Source of the DNA: Strigamia acuminata
Lineage: Eukaryota
Assembly (NCBI GenBank): GCA_949358305.1
Contig: OX442314.1
Location: 9,548,001 to 9,612,000 of the forward strand
DNA: 64,000 nt
Reading direction: 5' to 3'
The notes beneath the pieces are model-generated. The model worked only from the letters and a program-made list of their open reading frames with translations. It searched no databases and was not told the origin of the DNA. Made by a program: the position numbers and the translations under genes. Of the stretch, positions 11,569 to 23,340 are shown piece after piece; the first letter of the stretch is position 1; each line of letters begins with the position of its first letter.

Positions 11569-13224
11569 CTAGTCCAACTCTTCATCCTCAATAAATCCTT
11601 CCATGGATGTAACAACTTCCGAGACGGCTGCGGGTGGAGAATTAAGTTGAATAGCTACCAATTCCGGTACTACATCTGTCTCAACGTCATGGGCCAGGGG
11701 ATTCAGGAGCATTCTGTGTTGTTCCTCGGTGAATACTTCCAGGGGATCAGGCCCTCCTAACGGAATGGTGTTAGCGCTGGTTGGCTCGGAGAAAACCAAG
11801 TGATGGTCGGGTAAGCCAGAGTGCCATCCCTCACGAATCAACGGGTGTGCTGCTGCTGAGACCTGCTGTAAAATCTTACACCAAATAAAAGAGCGAGTTT
11901 GAAAAGATTCCGGCCGGGATGGATGAAAAATCCATTGGATCACGGCCAGTGGCACGCTCAAATCTGGAATTCGGTCGTTTGAAATCGACACACTAATACG
12001 TTTAGCTGCTTCCAATAAAATTGGGAAATAATGTTCCACTTCTGCCTTCGTTTGTTCCGTGAGTGACATGTCTGGTCTCGGCATATATGGGTGGACCAGT
12101 AAAATAACCGGTTCAGCAGCGTTGTTTACTTCGGGGAGCGGAATAGTCGCTACGATCATGTTGTTAGCCGAAGTTCCCTCTGGAGAAGCGGCGGCTTGCG
12201 GACCAGAATCGGCTGCAACCGGCGGAGAATCAGACGCAGTAACTGACGTTGGTTCGTTCGTTGGGAGGTTTTCCGCCGAGACAACCGGAGTTCCATCAAT
12301 CGCAGGGGTGGGAGTTTCCGGCTCGCGTTGTGGCTCCGTAAATCCTCCTCGTGGAGTCGAGGTGCTGGACATTTGTGCCGGGTCTACATAAATAGCCTGC
12401 TCCGGGCCCTGGTGGATGAGGCCACATTCGCGACACATCGCCCAATTGCGTGCTGTCGGCGTACTTAGCCCCTTGACGATAAATGGAAGAATTTCTTCAT
12501 TCCACATGCTGGATATGGCAACGCGTTTACCACCGTGACAGTTCACGCAGACTACGGCGTGAATGCCGGATAACAAGGACGACAACCATCCGCATCCTGC
12601 GCACAATGGGCAGAACATCAGCTTCGACTTTGGCATGATGTTAGTCCCCAAGGCGGCAGCTTCCATATCTCGAAATACGTGTTCTCTTCGCTGCTTCCGG
12701 TAACTTGGCAAATTTAGCTCCGATATCGAGCGAGCCTGCGATGTTGGGCGGGTCAGCGCTTCGGATGAAGATGCCAACGTGGACTTGGTGGGTCCTTTGG
12801 ATTTGCCAGTCTTGCCTCGACTAGCGGTATCACGCGGATTTCGTGGTCGGGCAAACTGCCTGCTGGTAGCTGGAGGCGGAGCTTCTTCAACCGATTCTTC
12901 TTCTTGTGAGAAGTCATCTTGGCGCCGTCTCCTCGAGGCAGAACGGGAGTATTGTGACGAGTCGTCAGAAAAATCCCAATTCGGCGCATCATAGGTTACA
13001 ACACGCTGACTAGCTTGACGGCCTCTGGAAGGACGCGAGTCGGTCGGGCTAACACCCATGGCGGTCCTAATTCGTGGCGGTACGAGATCCGGGTTATCAC
13101 GGGCCCAGTTGGCAACGAGCTCGGGGTCGGAGGAGGGATTAACAAAGCGATAATCCGTCTCTTCCGACTCTTCTGGATCCCAATGCACGTACTGTCGCTT
13201 GCTAGCACGACCTCGGCGACTCAT
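11569..13224 (-). CDS. Element A accessory ORF3 (551 aa) with RS-rich N-terminus and Cys/His cluster; not Env-like
   Basis: Intact ORF between pol and the 3' LTR, in the element's sense. Contains CPLCAGC...H...CVNCH...CRECGLIH, with a splice-acceptor-like TTTTCTTGAAG just upstream. Confidence 0.85.
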   Translation of the reverse strand: MSRRGRASKRQYVHWDPEESEETDYRFVNPSSDPELVANWARDNPDLVPPRIRTAMGVSPTDSRPSRGRQASQRVVTYDAPNWDFSDDSSQYSRSASRRRRQDDFSQEEESVEEAPPPATSRQFARPRNPRDTASRGKTGKSKGPTKSTLASSSEALTRPTSQARSISELNLPSYRKQRREHVFRDMEAAALGTNIMPKSKLMFCPLCAGCGWLSSLLSGIHAVVCVNCHGGKRVAISSMWNEEILPFIVKGLSTPTARNWAMCRECGLIHQGPEQAIYVDPAQMSSTSTPRGGFTEPQREPETPTPAIDGTPVVSAENLPTNEPTSVTASDSPPVAADSGPQAAASPEGTSANNMIVATIPLPEVNNAAEPVILLVHPYMPRPDMSLTEQTKAEVEHYFPILLEAAKRISVSISNDRIPDLSVPLAVIQWIFHPSRPESFQTRSFIWCKILQQVSAAAHPLIREGWHSGLPDHHLVFSEPTSANTIPLGGPDPLEVFTEEQHRMLLNPLAHDVETDVVPELVAIQLNSPPAAVSEVVTSMEGFIEDEELD

Positions 13225-14532
13225 TGCATCTTCAAGAAAATATAAATTTTATTTGAGAACATGAATCAACCGTCGGAAATTAATTTAATTTCAAATTAAA
13301 TTAATTGTCGACCAACAACTGGATTAATTTCATAATTAATTCTTAAGTTCCCTTGTTAGTGTGTTTCCTCCATTTGTCGAATAATTATTAAGATTAATAA
13401 TTATTCTCGACTTGGCATATAATTTCATTTTATCGTTTAAAACAATATCGCTGATAAAATATTCAAATTAGTGTTTATTTAATGAAATAAACCTAATTTT
13501 TGTATCTACACGACATAATAACTAAAAAACATATAAAAATATTAAAAAAAAATATTTTTGTAAGTGTTTTTTAGCATCCGACAATAGTCATTTTACATGG
13601 TTTTAATTGTACGAATAATTCCACAATTCGTCCGAGTAAATAATTTACTACCGACATCTGGTGGCGTTTGCCCCTATCATACACGTGACTTGTTAACACA
13701 TGTCTGCTCACCAATTTCCAAGGAACTTAAGAGATATTTTATCTTTCATAAAATAAACACTTACTAACTAGGTGTAGTCCTAGAAGGGTATACTTGGCTA
13801 GTTTAATGTCTAGCTTCACGTATATGCGAGGGCTGTTCGGTTCCGGCGATGTTGGCCGATAAAAACGTTGTGCGGCGCGTGCGAATTCTAAGTCCGCCGT
13901 AATGAACGCTTAACCAAAATAAATGTTGTCAATTAATGTCAAAATATTATAAATTTTGACAAAATATTGCTTAAATGTTTACCGGGAATTCACTTAGTGA
14001 GTTCGTGAAAGGCTTACTCGCGATTTTGTCCACGAGATGGTTTCGATAATCAGCGTCGTGTCGATAATTTCTGAATTTGAACTGATATTCGTCAAATGAA
14101 AAAATCAGTAAAATAAACGATAAGTGTTCAAAATCATCTAGATTTTAACTCACTAAATTTCAGCGAAAATCCGTTAAAGCGTCGAAGGGTCGAGAATAAT
14201 CCTTGATTTCAGTCCAGTACAAAACTTGGCGAACAAGTGAGTGATAATCTCAAACCAGGGGTTAAGGGGAGTTTCGAGGAGTAATTTGATTGGTTTGTAA
14301 TTACTCATCTCGAAGTTTCTATTAACCCAAAGGGGGAAACACAGTTTCAAGTAAATGTTTACACGTAGATTAATTTGAATACAATCAGCTTGTGTAAAAA
14401 ATAACTCAAACATTTGTTAAATTTTATCCACATCAAAAAAAAAAATGTTTTTAATTAATAAAATTTAACAATTCTTCGTGAATATGATTGGAAATATTTA
14501 TTTAAAATAAAATATTTTCAATATATTGTGTC

Positions 14533-17500
14533 CTAACCCAACTTGACTTGTTTTAGACAATTTACGAGTTGTACAAAATCGGTCACGTATTTTGTGTTCG
14601 GCTTGGGTCTACGTTTAGACTGTCGAACGGGAGATGGAAATCTTTTCCTCTTTTTAGACGGATTTTGAGGAGTTTCGTCCTCTTTAGAAGAAATCTGAGA
14701 AGTTTCCTCCTCTTTCTCTTCAACTAAATCCTCTGTTTCCATGGACACAGGTTCATTTATTAATTCTGGAGAATTAATAACCTGACCTGCCATCCAATCT
14801 GGAGTCGGGTGTGACTCGTTGGTACCGACTTTCTGATCTAATGTCCATTCCTCAATCGGGTAACTTGGGATATAAGGCATTAAATCCTGTATGTTGATCG
14901 CTTTTGCTTTCGTGTTATCAGAAAGCTTACGTAGTGTGTAGGAACCTCCGCCAAGAACAGCCGTAATTTCCCAAGGTCCATCACGTTTCTCAGCGAATCC
15001 TGCCGAAATCCCTTTATCTTTATTTGATAAAATATGTGTGGCTTTCCACACGAGATCTCCTTTGGCAAATTGACAAATATAATATTTGTCTTTATGTAGT
15101 CGATCATGCTTTTCGTAATTCGATTGAATTTTCCGATGCATTTCGCTGTGTGCACGTCTAATTACGTCTAAAATGCTGTAGACGTAGGCTTCGGGATTCT
15201 CTTTGTCGAATTTGATGGCGTGTTTAGTAATACGCGGGTCAAATGGCAAAGGAACGATTCTTCCTGTATTAAGAATCATCGGAGAACAATTTGTTGCCTC
15301 GGACTTAGCGGTGCGCATCGCAAAGGCAAAAGAATTTAAATATTTTGGCCAGTGAGAGTGAATGTCCGAGTATAAAGCTAACATCATTTTTAAAGTCCTG
15401 TTAGCCCGCTCTGTAATATTAGCGGCAGCGTGATATGGGCTAATGTGAGCAATATCTACGTGATTTTTTCGACAAAAATCATTAAATATTGTTGACACGA
15501 ATTGTTTGCCGTTGTCGGAGATTATCTTTTTTGGATATCCCCAACGGTGGAAAACTTCGCTCATTTTATTAACGATGCATTCACTTGATGCAGTCGCTAG
15601 TGGGAAGACTTCAATCCATTTTGTACAATTATCAATGATTACTAAAATCCATTTTAATTGCGAACGACCGGCTGGTTTTGGTCCCATCAGGTCAATGCTT
15701 ACAGTCTCCCACGGGTTGGTCATGTTGTGAGGTGTATAGCTTGCCCGATGCTTTTGGTGTTGACTAGGTTTGTATTGTTGGCAATGAGTGCAACTGCGAA
15801 CGTAGTTTCGAGTGTCTTTGCTCATTCTAGGCCAGAAATACATCTGTTTTGCTCTATCTAGGGTTTTGCTCATGCCGGCATGTCCTGTAAGTGGGTGGCC
15901 ATGGCATGCGAATAATGCACGTCTCACGAGAGAGCGTGGAATTACCGCCTTAAACCCGTTGCCGGAGTCGTTTAACTCTTCCTCATCGGTCGGAGCAAAA
16001 TAAATTAGCATAACACCTTTATTTTCTTCCGGTTCGTCGAGAGTGTAGCCACGAATCGCGTTTAACCAATGTTTATCCGTGACACGATTTTTTAATTTTT
16101 CGTCTCCTTTTAGGTAAACAAGGATTTTACTACATGCTGGATCTTTAAGCTGCGCTTCGATAATTTCGTCTCGCGTCGGCGGAACTACTTTTAGGATATC
16201 TGTTAGCGCAGTGTGTACATTTTCGTGATTACAATTGTGGACATCTATATGTCTGCAATTTTCTCTTGTACATCCTTCTTCCTCCCCCTTTTCTCCAGAA
16301 TCATGAAATCTAACTGGATTATATGATTCTGAGAAAAAGTCTAAACTAAGGCCAACATTTGTAAGAAAATGTTTGCGCTCAGTTTCCGTCACTTGTAAAG
16401 ATGCACACCTGTTTCCATTCCAAGTTGGATAGAAATGGGTGATCTCCTCTGGTTCGATATAATCATAATCCGGAGTGTCTAGTGCAGACAGTGGAGCGCG
16501 TGATAATGCGTCCGCTACTTGGTTCATTGCGCCGCGTCTAAAAATAATTTTAAACGCGCCACATTGTATTTTGACGGCCCAACGACCAAACCTTCCGGAT
16601 GGTTCCGGCGTACTCATCAACCAGCTAAGGGCTTTAGCATCGGACTCGAGAGTGAAAGTCGTGTATTCTATATATGGGCGAAATCTCTCGATTGCCCATA
16701 CAACGGCCAAACACTCCAATTCCGGCGTAGAATACCTTACTTCGGCCCCGTGTAACACTCGACTGGCGTACGCGACTGCTTTCGGGACCATAATTAATTT
16801 CTGTTTCTTTTCACAGAATAATTCGACATCTTGGCAGAGTACTGCACCTAAGCCTGAATGAGAAGCATCTGTCAAAATGACAAAAGGCTTATTCATATCT
16901 GGCATGTGGAGAAGGGCTTGGTCCTTGTCACACAAAATATCTTTGATAGTTTCGAATGCAGTTGTTTGTGGATCATCCCACACAAACTTTGCTTGATCAT
17001 GCATAATATTGGTCAATGGACGAGCAATATTTGCGATGTTAGGAATAAATTTTCGGAAAAAATTCGCAAGTCCTACAAATCTTTGAATGTCTTTAGAGCA
17101 AGTCGGTTTGGGGAAATTCCTTACAGCCGAGACTTTGTCAGGGTCTGGAAGAAGAGATCCCTCCGAAATTAAATGGCCTAAAAATCGTAATGATGTTCGA
17201 CCAAATTTTGACTTGTCTTTATTGATAGTTAGATTCGCGGCATCCAACTTCTCAAGTACGTCTTTAATATGTAATAAATGATTTTCCCATGTGTCGGAAA
17301 AAATAATTATATCGTCTAAATAAACCAGAGCATGTTTATATAGAGAGTCACCCAATACGGTAGTCATGAGGTGTTGAAAAGAACTAGGTGCATTACAAAG
17401 ACCAAATGGCAATCTCTTGAATTGAAATTTGCCTTTTGGGGTGTAAAAAGCAGTTTTGCTCTTATCCTCCTCCTCCATTTCCATTTGATGATAACCTTTA

Positions 17501-18812
17501 GTTAAATCAATGGATGTAAAGTACTTGGCCTGATTAGTATGGTGAATTAATAGGTCAATACTTGGCATTTGAATTGCATCAACTTCTGTGATCGCATTCA
17601 ACCAGCGGTAGTCGATACATAATCGATACTTCCCGCCGGGTTTAGCCACTATGACGGGGTGACTTATATAAGGGCCAGTGGCAGGTTCGATCAACCCATC
17701 GGCCTCCAACTCCTCGACCAATTCCGTCATAATCGCCTTCTTGGCCGGATTGTACATTCTATATGGCTGGTGTTTCCAAGTAGCACCAGGTTTAAACTTG
17801 ATGCTGTGCTTGGCCACCTTCGTACAGCCCAGTTGGTCTCGAAATACGTTTTTTAATTGTACAAGAACGTTTACGAGTAACTGTTTTTCTTCCGCCGAAC
17901 TGTTGCAGCCTTCGACGAGTTTTTCTGCCCAGTCCGGTGAAGTGGGAGTTCCTTCACCTTGGAGACCCAAAGTCTTAATGCTTGCTAAGCAACAGTTAAG
18001 TTCAGTGGTCTCGTACGGGGCTGTCCATCCGGGCATGTCATCACAGGTGAACACTGCTCGTCGGGGATTAGGGTTTATCCCCGTTCTACGCATAAAATTG
18101 TGACCCAAAATTAACCCACATACATTCTTGTGTAGAATTATGAAGGTCATAGGTGTAACTCTCCTTTTATCGGCCCATTTGACACAAAGACAAACTTGAC
18201 CGATAGGTCGGTGATCTATTCCGACCGCGCAGACACGCATTCCCCGGGGACATTCTTGTATGAATTCCACCGGAATTTCCGTGTTTGAGAGGAGTTGTAC
18301 TCCAATAAAACATTGGGTGGCTCCAGAGTCCATTAGTGCGTTGTAATCCAAACCTCCAATTTGGACATTCATACGCGGATCATCTTTGCCACCATTAATT
18401 AATTTGCTATTGCAAAGTTTGCCAAGCAATACTTTTCGTTCTTTCTTGTTCCATTTTTCAAGTTTAAGAAGTTTTCTTAACTTGAAAACCTTGGGTACAA
18501 GCGGTTTCTTGGGTGCATTCCAGCTTCCACTGAAAATACTCAAATTTTCTAGTTGGTCTGTCATGACTTTTAAATTTTCATCGACACCGCCAGTAGAGCT
18601 GCTAGTCTTTCGACAGACAGGTACGGCTTCGTAAGAAATGACCAACGATGGTGGTTTATTCTTCGAATCATCGACATAAGGTACTGTGAGATGACTAGGC
18701 TTATGTCTTAATTTAAATTCATCTTTTCGTAAAAATAAATCATTTGACAATTCCGAGAAAGGAAACAACTCTTTAAGCGGGGGTTGGGCAACTTGAACAA
18801 CCCCCTGAATCA
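14533..18812 (-). CDS. pol: Pol polyprotein (PR-RT-RH-IN) of element A, reached by -1 frameshift
   Basis: LMDSGA protease, YLDD RT, TDASHSGLGAVL RNase H, integrase HHCC + DLMGP/SDNG/ERANR, GPW motif; gypsy domain order. Confidence 0.97.
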
Positions 18813-20858
18813 GTTTTTTGTCTCGTCGGGAGTGACTGACTCAGTGGCTGCTGGTAAATGCTTAATTAACAGGTCAACCATGTTTTTCTGGAAGTCAGTA
18901 AATTTGGAGTCTAAAGTTTCTGACGTAACCCAATTTTGTTTGGGTCGTTTAAACTCGGGGTTGGGAGCAGAGTGGTTAAATCTTTTATTTGAATTTAACG
19001 AGTCTGATTTCCCTGCTAATTTTTTGGCAAGAGCGGGACATTCTCTTTTAAAATGTCCAGGCTCGTGACAGAAAAAGCATTTTCCAGTAGTCTTTTCATA
19101 CTGGGCGGCAAATAATCGCTCCATTGAACCATCGTCAGTTGAGTCGTCATTTTCCGACTCGTCTTCATTTTCAACTTCATCTTGAGTTTGCGTTAAACGT
19201 AGTGAAGTTTTAGAAGGAAAAATCTTAGATTTTTCGTGAAGTTTGGGAGTAGGATGATTCTCTCGATTATCGTACTCCAATTTTGCTGCAAGTTGAGAAC
19301 TTTCAAACTTAGAGCGATTTGCTCCTACATATTGTAGAATGTCATCTACTGTAAAGTTACCATACATTCCTTGTGTACATAACGCCGTGAAACTTTCTTG
19401 AGTTAAATTGTCGAATAATTGCGCACGTCCAGTTTTATCACCTGGCGGCACTTCACCTTGTTCTTGCGTATAACGCAGAAGAAAACTATAAAGTGACTCG
19501 TCGGCTCGTTGTTTTACATTAAGAAGTCGCCTTTCTCTTGTAAGTGGAACGAGGTCGAAACAATCGAGAAAAGAGGCTTCGAAAGTTCGCCAACTGTTAA
19601 AAGTATGGCGTTGCTTATGGAACCAACGTTGTGCATGGCCTAATAGTCGTCCAGGTACAGCAGTGTGTACCATGTCGTCTAAAGGGATGCCTTTCCCGAG
19701 TGCGACAGCTTTGACGATTTCAAGGAATCGCGCAACCTCTGTCTGTTTCCCGTCAAAAATAGGAATCTCGATTCCTTTTCCAAAATTCTGACTGGGATTA
19801 CTCGGGCTTCGGATTTGACCAACTAAACCCTGAATAATTTGTTTTACATTTTCGTCCGACAAATTAGAAGCAGAGTTCGAATTGGGTGTAGACCGACTTC
19901 CTTGGTCTCTGGGTGGCGGATTTGGCTCTCCTTGAAAATTTTGATGTCTATCAGGTGGCGGTGGAGAACGAGAATTATTACGTCGGTGGAAATTATTGTT
20001 ATAATTTCCCCCTCCACCAGCGTGAGATTCGTCACTACTCGAGTTAGGATCGGAGTCACGCGGATCACCAGGAGCTCCGGGAAATCGTTGATTTCTCGGC
20101 GGAGCTCGTCCACCTTGAGAGCGGGAATTTCTATAATTCCTAAAATCTCCATCAGATTGGGTGTGAGATTGAAAATTTTGATAATTTTCATTTCTCCCCC
20201 TTGGTTGGACCGACAGATTAGTTCGAGGCTGTGGAACTCTGAAAGAATCATTCAAATTCCCAGTGGGAGCGGGTAAATTATTATTTACTGCCGTCACACT
20301 TGGCAAATTTCGGGAAATTGGCGCAGAAATATTTCCTTGTCCGGAATTTCCCATTCTTTCGGCCGAATTCGATCGCCAAGAACTAGCTGGTAATTGAATC
20401 GAAGGTTGAACAGATAGTGAAGAATTTAACTGCCCATTGTCGTCACGAGCAACATTCATTCGCCATCCAGGTAATTGCTGGTAGCGATATGTGGCCGGTG
20501 AACGAGGGCCAGTTCGATCTACAGAAACACTTTGTTCGTTGGTTACAACTACATCGGGAGTAATTACACGATTTCTCTCGTGATGATTATTCGCCGTGTA
20601 TTGTTGAGCTTCACACAAAGAGGAAAACTGCGTCACTTCCAATTGGTAATGGCGACAGTAAACTTCTAAATCATGTGGGACTGATAGTGGATCCGTTCGA
20701 GAACTTCCTGGGTTGGAAACGTCTCTAGGAACATTTTCTTCCCCCTGGCTTTCTAGATCAGACTCCACAATTCCTCTTGGTGTTTCACACATACCACCAC
20801 GTCGTCGTGCTCCACGATTTCCTCGTGTTCCACGAACTCTTACAGGTCTACGGGCCAT
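18810..20858 (-). CDS. gag: Gag of element A
   Basis: IPIFDG capsid start, KQRADESL major-homology-like motif, CFFCHEPGHFKREC zinc knuckle; first ATG at MARRPV. Confidence 0.95.
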   Translation of the reverse strand: MARRPVRVRGTRGNRGARRRGGMCETPRGIVESDLESQGEENVPRDVSNPGSSRTDPLSVPHDLEVYCRHYQLEVTQFSSLCEAQQYTANNHHERNRVITPDVVVTNEQSVSVDRTGPRSPATYRYQQLPGWRMNVARDDNGQLNSSLSVQPSIQLPASSWRSNSAERMGNSGQGNISAPISRNLPSVTAVNNNLPAPTGNLNDSFRVPQPRTNLSVQPRGRNENYQNFQSHTQSDGDFRNYRNSRSQGGRAPPRNQRFPGAPGDPRDSDPNSSSDESHAGGGGNYNNNFHRRNNSRSPPPPDRHQNFQGEPNPPPRDQGSRSTPNSNSASNLSDENVKQIIQGLVGQIRSPSNPSQNFGKGIEIPIFDGKQTEVARFLEIVKAVALGKGIPLDDMVHTAVPGRLLGHAQRWFHKQRHTFNSWRTFEASFLDCFDLVPLTRERRLLNVKQRADESLYSFLLRYTQEQGEVPPGDKTGRAQLFDNLTQESFTALCTQGMYGNFTVDDILQYVGANRSKFESSQLAAKLEYDNRENHPTPKLHEKSKIFPSKTSLRLTQTQDEVENEDESENDDSTDDGSMERLFAAQYEKTTGKCFFCHEPGHFKRECPALAKKLAGKSDSLNSNKRFNHSAPNPEFKRPKQNWVTSETLDSKFTDFQKNMVDLLIKHLPAATESVTPDETKN

Positions 20859-21730
20859 AATACTCAAAGAAATACACGTACAACAAGGAAAAATAAGATT
20901 TTAACTGAACTAGCGTAAATGTAACACGCTTAATATTAAACTAAGAAATAATTTGAAAAAATACAACCTTAGCTGCTGAAACTGAAGTGGCTTCGGAAAA
21001 ACTGTCCTATTGCGTGGTCAAGAATGGTCCAAACGGGCACTGGTCACAAAGGCACAACTGGATGGTCGCACTGTCGAAAAGCAAGTGTGGCTGAATATTG
21101 GTTGTCAAACTAGCTTCCGGAAAATCTCCTTTGTCAAGACAGTCTGCTGTGATTGGCGATGTTGACAAATTCCTGATAATTTCTAATCCGAAATTCTCAA
21201 CAATGTCACATCTGGATGACCTACTCCGAGCTGCATCGTGAGTGGTTCTCTTTGTCACATTCTTTACTTTGTTAAAGATTAAAATAATAATCAAAAACAT
21301 TGAAAACAGAACAATAGAAACTTGGTCAAGTTTTTAACCAGCAAAATAAAATACTTTAACTTTTATTTTTCAGTCAGCAGGATTTCTAGTCAAATTCGTT
21401 TTTTTGATCGAAATTCAAGGTTTCGAAATTTTCCAGAATATAGTCGAATATTCTGGGAAACTCAACAAAATCAAAATAGATTTTTTTTTTTTTTTTTTTT
21501 TTTGTACGAAATTCGGAATTATAATGAGTTTTTCAAAATAATCCAAAAATTCGAATTCAGATATTTCCAAAAGATAATGAGAATTTTTTGAAAACAAATG
21601 GATATTTCATAGTAAATTTATAGAGAAAAATCGGAAATTTTCTAATTATAATATCTACATAAAATAATCAAGAAATTCATTTTTCAATTTTACACTTGAT
21701 CACAGAGTTCACTTCAATAAAATGCAACCT

Positions 21731-21748
21731 ATCTCGGTGGGACCTCCA
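21731..21748 (-). other. Primer-binding site for tRNA-Gln
   Basis: TGGAGGTCCCACCGAGAT is complementary to the 3' end of metazoan tRNA-Gln (ATCTCGGTGGGACCTCCA) and sits 2 nt from the LTR. Confidence 0.9.
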
Positions 21749-21750
21749 CG

Positions 21751-23340
21751 TGTGACGATTACCTTCTGGAGATAGCAATTGCTAAACTAAAGTGTGAACT
21801 ATCTGTGTGAAAATGTAAAATATGCAAACCTGATGTTTTCTCAAAACATATAACATTTATTCCGGTTTGAACCTTATATAAATACTATGCCTACAAGTGG
21901 CTAAAATGACGAGAAGTTAAACTATACAGTTGTTTGGCAAAAGCCCTGAAATAATATCATTTGAAGGCTTCAGTCATGCAATAAGAATTTGTAACGGTCT
22001 TATTGCTGTGACGTAAAAGATGTCATCTATGAATGGCTTTGGCTTCTAAATGGTCCGGGGTTTGGTTCTAAAAGGCGTGTAAATGGTTAGGCTGGGTGGG
22101 TTATATCCGAGAGGTGCGGTTGACTTTTCTGTATCGTCACACACATCGCGTCGCAGATAATTGTTGTAATCAATAATTACCGCGAGATGTAACAATGTGA
22201 GAATAAATATTCATATTAATTCTATGGAATTAATCATGATATTTTAGAGTCACAAACTTAACTAAAACTATGAAAATAAGTAAAATATATTAAAATAGCG
22301 CCGAGCTATTTTTTGCCCCGAGTGCAATCAACATCTAAGTTAGACTTAAAGGTTCCGTCAAACCAATAACGAATTGAATCGAAATATCTCGCAGGAAAGG
22401 TTATCCATCGCCGGGAAATTACTCCACTCGGTCCTGGCTGGCGGGAGAGTAACCGGGAAATTACTCCGCGTCGATTACTCTGATAATGCGTCTGTGAAAT
22501 ATAAATACTCCACTCTAGATTCTACATTACCAATGCGTCTGTGAATTTTACTCCACTCTAGATTCTGCACTCTACAACGGAATGTTGGCATGAAGCTGGA
22601 GGGAGTGCGTCTGTGGGTTGTACCCCACTCTAGATACTACACTTAAATGTGTCTGTGAATTACTCACTCTAGTTACAACATTTCTACAACGGAATGTTGG
22701 CATGAAGAGGCGGGCAGTGTGTCTGTGAGTCTTCTACCCACTCTAGATACTTACACTAAATACAAAGTATTTCTACAACGGATTGTCGGAACGCAGAGAA
22801 GTATAATATGTGCTCAAGTAATATCAGTATCAAACAAAAACAGAACAAGAGCGAGCTATATCCGTTTTGCAGGGGGATATATACTCGGTGAGGAGAATAG
22901 CTGTTCAGTGATCCAATGGGATCACTGGGCAGTCAAATCCATCCAATCCCAGATCATAGGAAGTGGATACTCAGGACATAGTCTTCTACTAGGTCCACTA
23001 CAGGAACTGGATACGCAGGACACATTTTGGATTAAGTCCCTTTGACTATAATCCAAAAGGAGTCCAACTCACAGTGGGTGATGGGGGGTGACTTCACCAG
23101 GTGTAGAGTTTGCACATAATTCAATAGAATTATGTGACAAATAAATCAACTAGTTTTTAAACATCCAAAAGTATTTAAAAGTGTCTAAAGTTGCAGTGGA
23201 ATAAAATATAAATAGTAATTTATATTTTATTCACTCAAAAATTGTCGAAATTTGAATTTACCGCTAAAACGCATCAGCGCCATCTATTGGTGAAGTAATC
23301 GTCCTATACTAACAAAGTGCATGACAGTGTAACCGTCACA
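21751..23340 (-). repeat. 5' LTR of element A
   Basis: 1590 bp; no differences from 9323-10912 noticed by eye. Confidence 0.95.

Larger units (their letters stand above)
9323..23340 (-). mobile_element. Full-length Ty3/gypsy LTR retrotransposon A (14.0 kb)
   Basis: Two 1590-bp LTRs TGTGACG...CGTCACA, TSD ACGG (9319-9322 and 23341-23344), PBS, PPT, gag, pol and ORF3. Confidence 0.97.
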
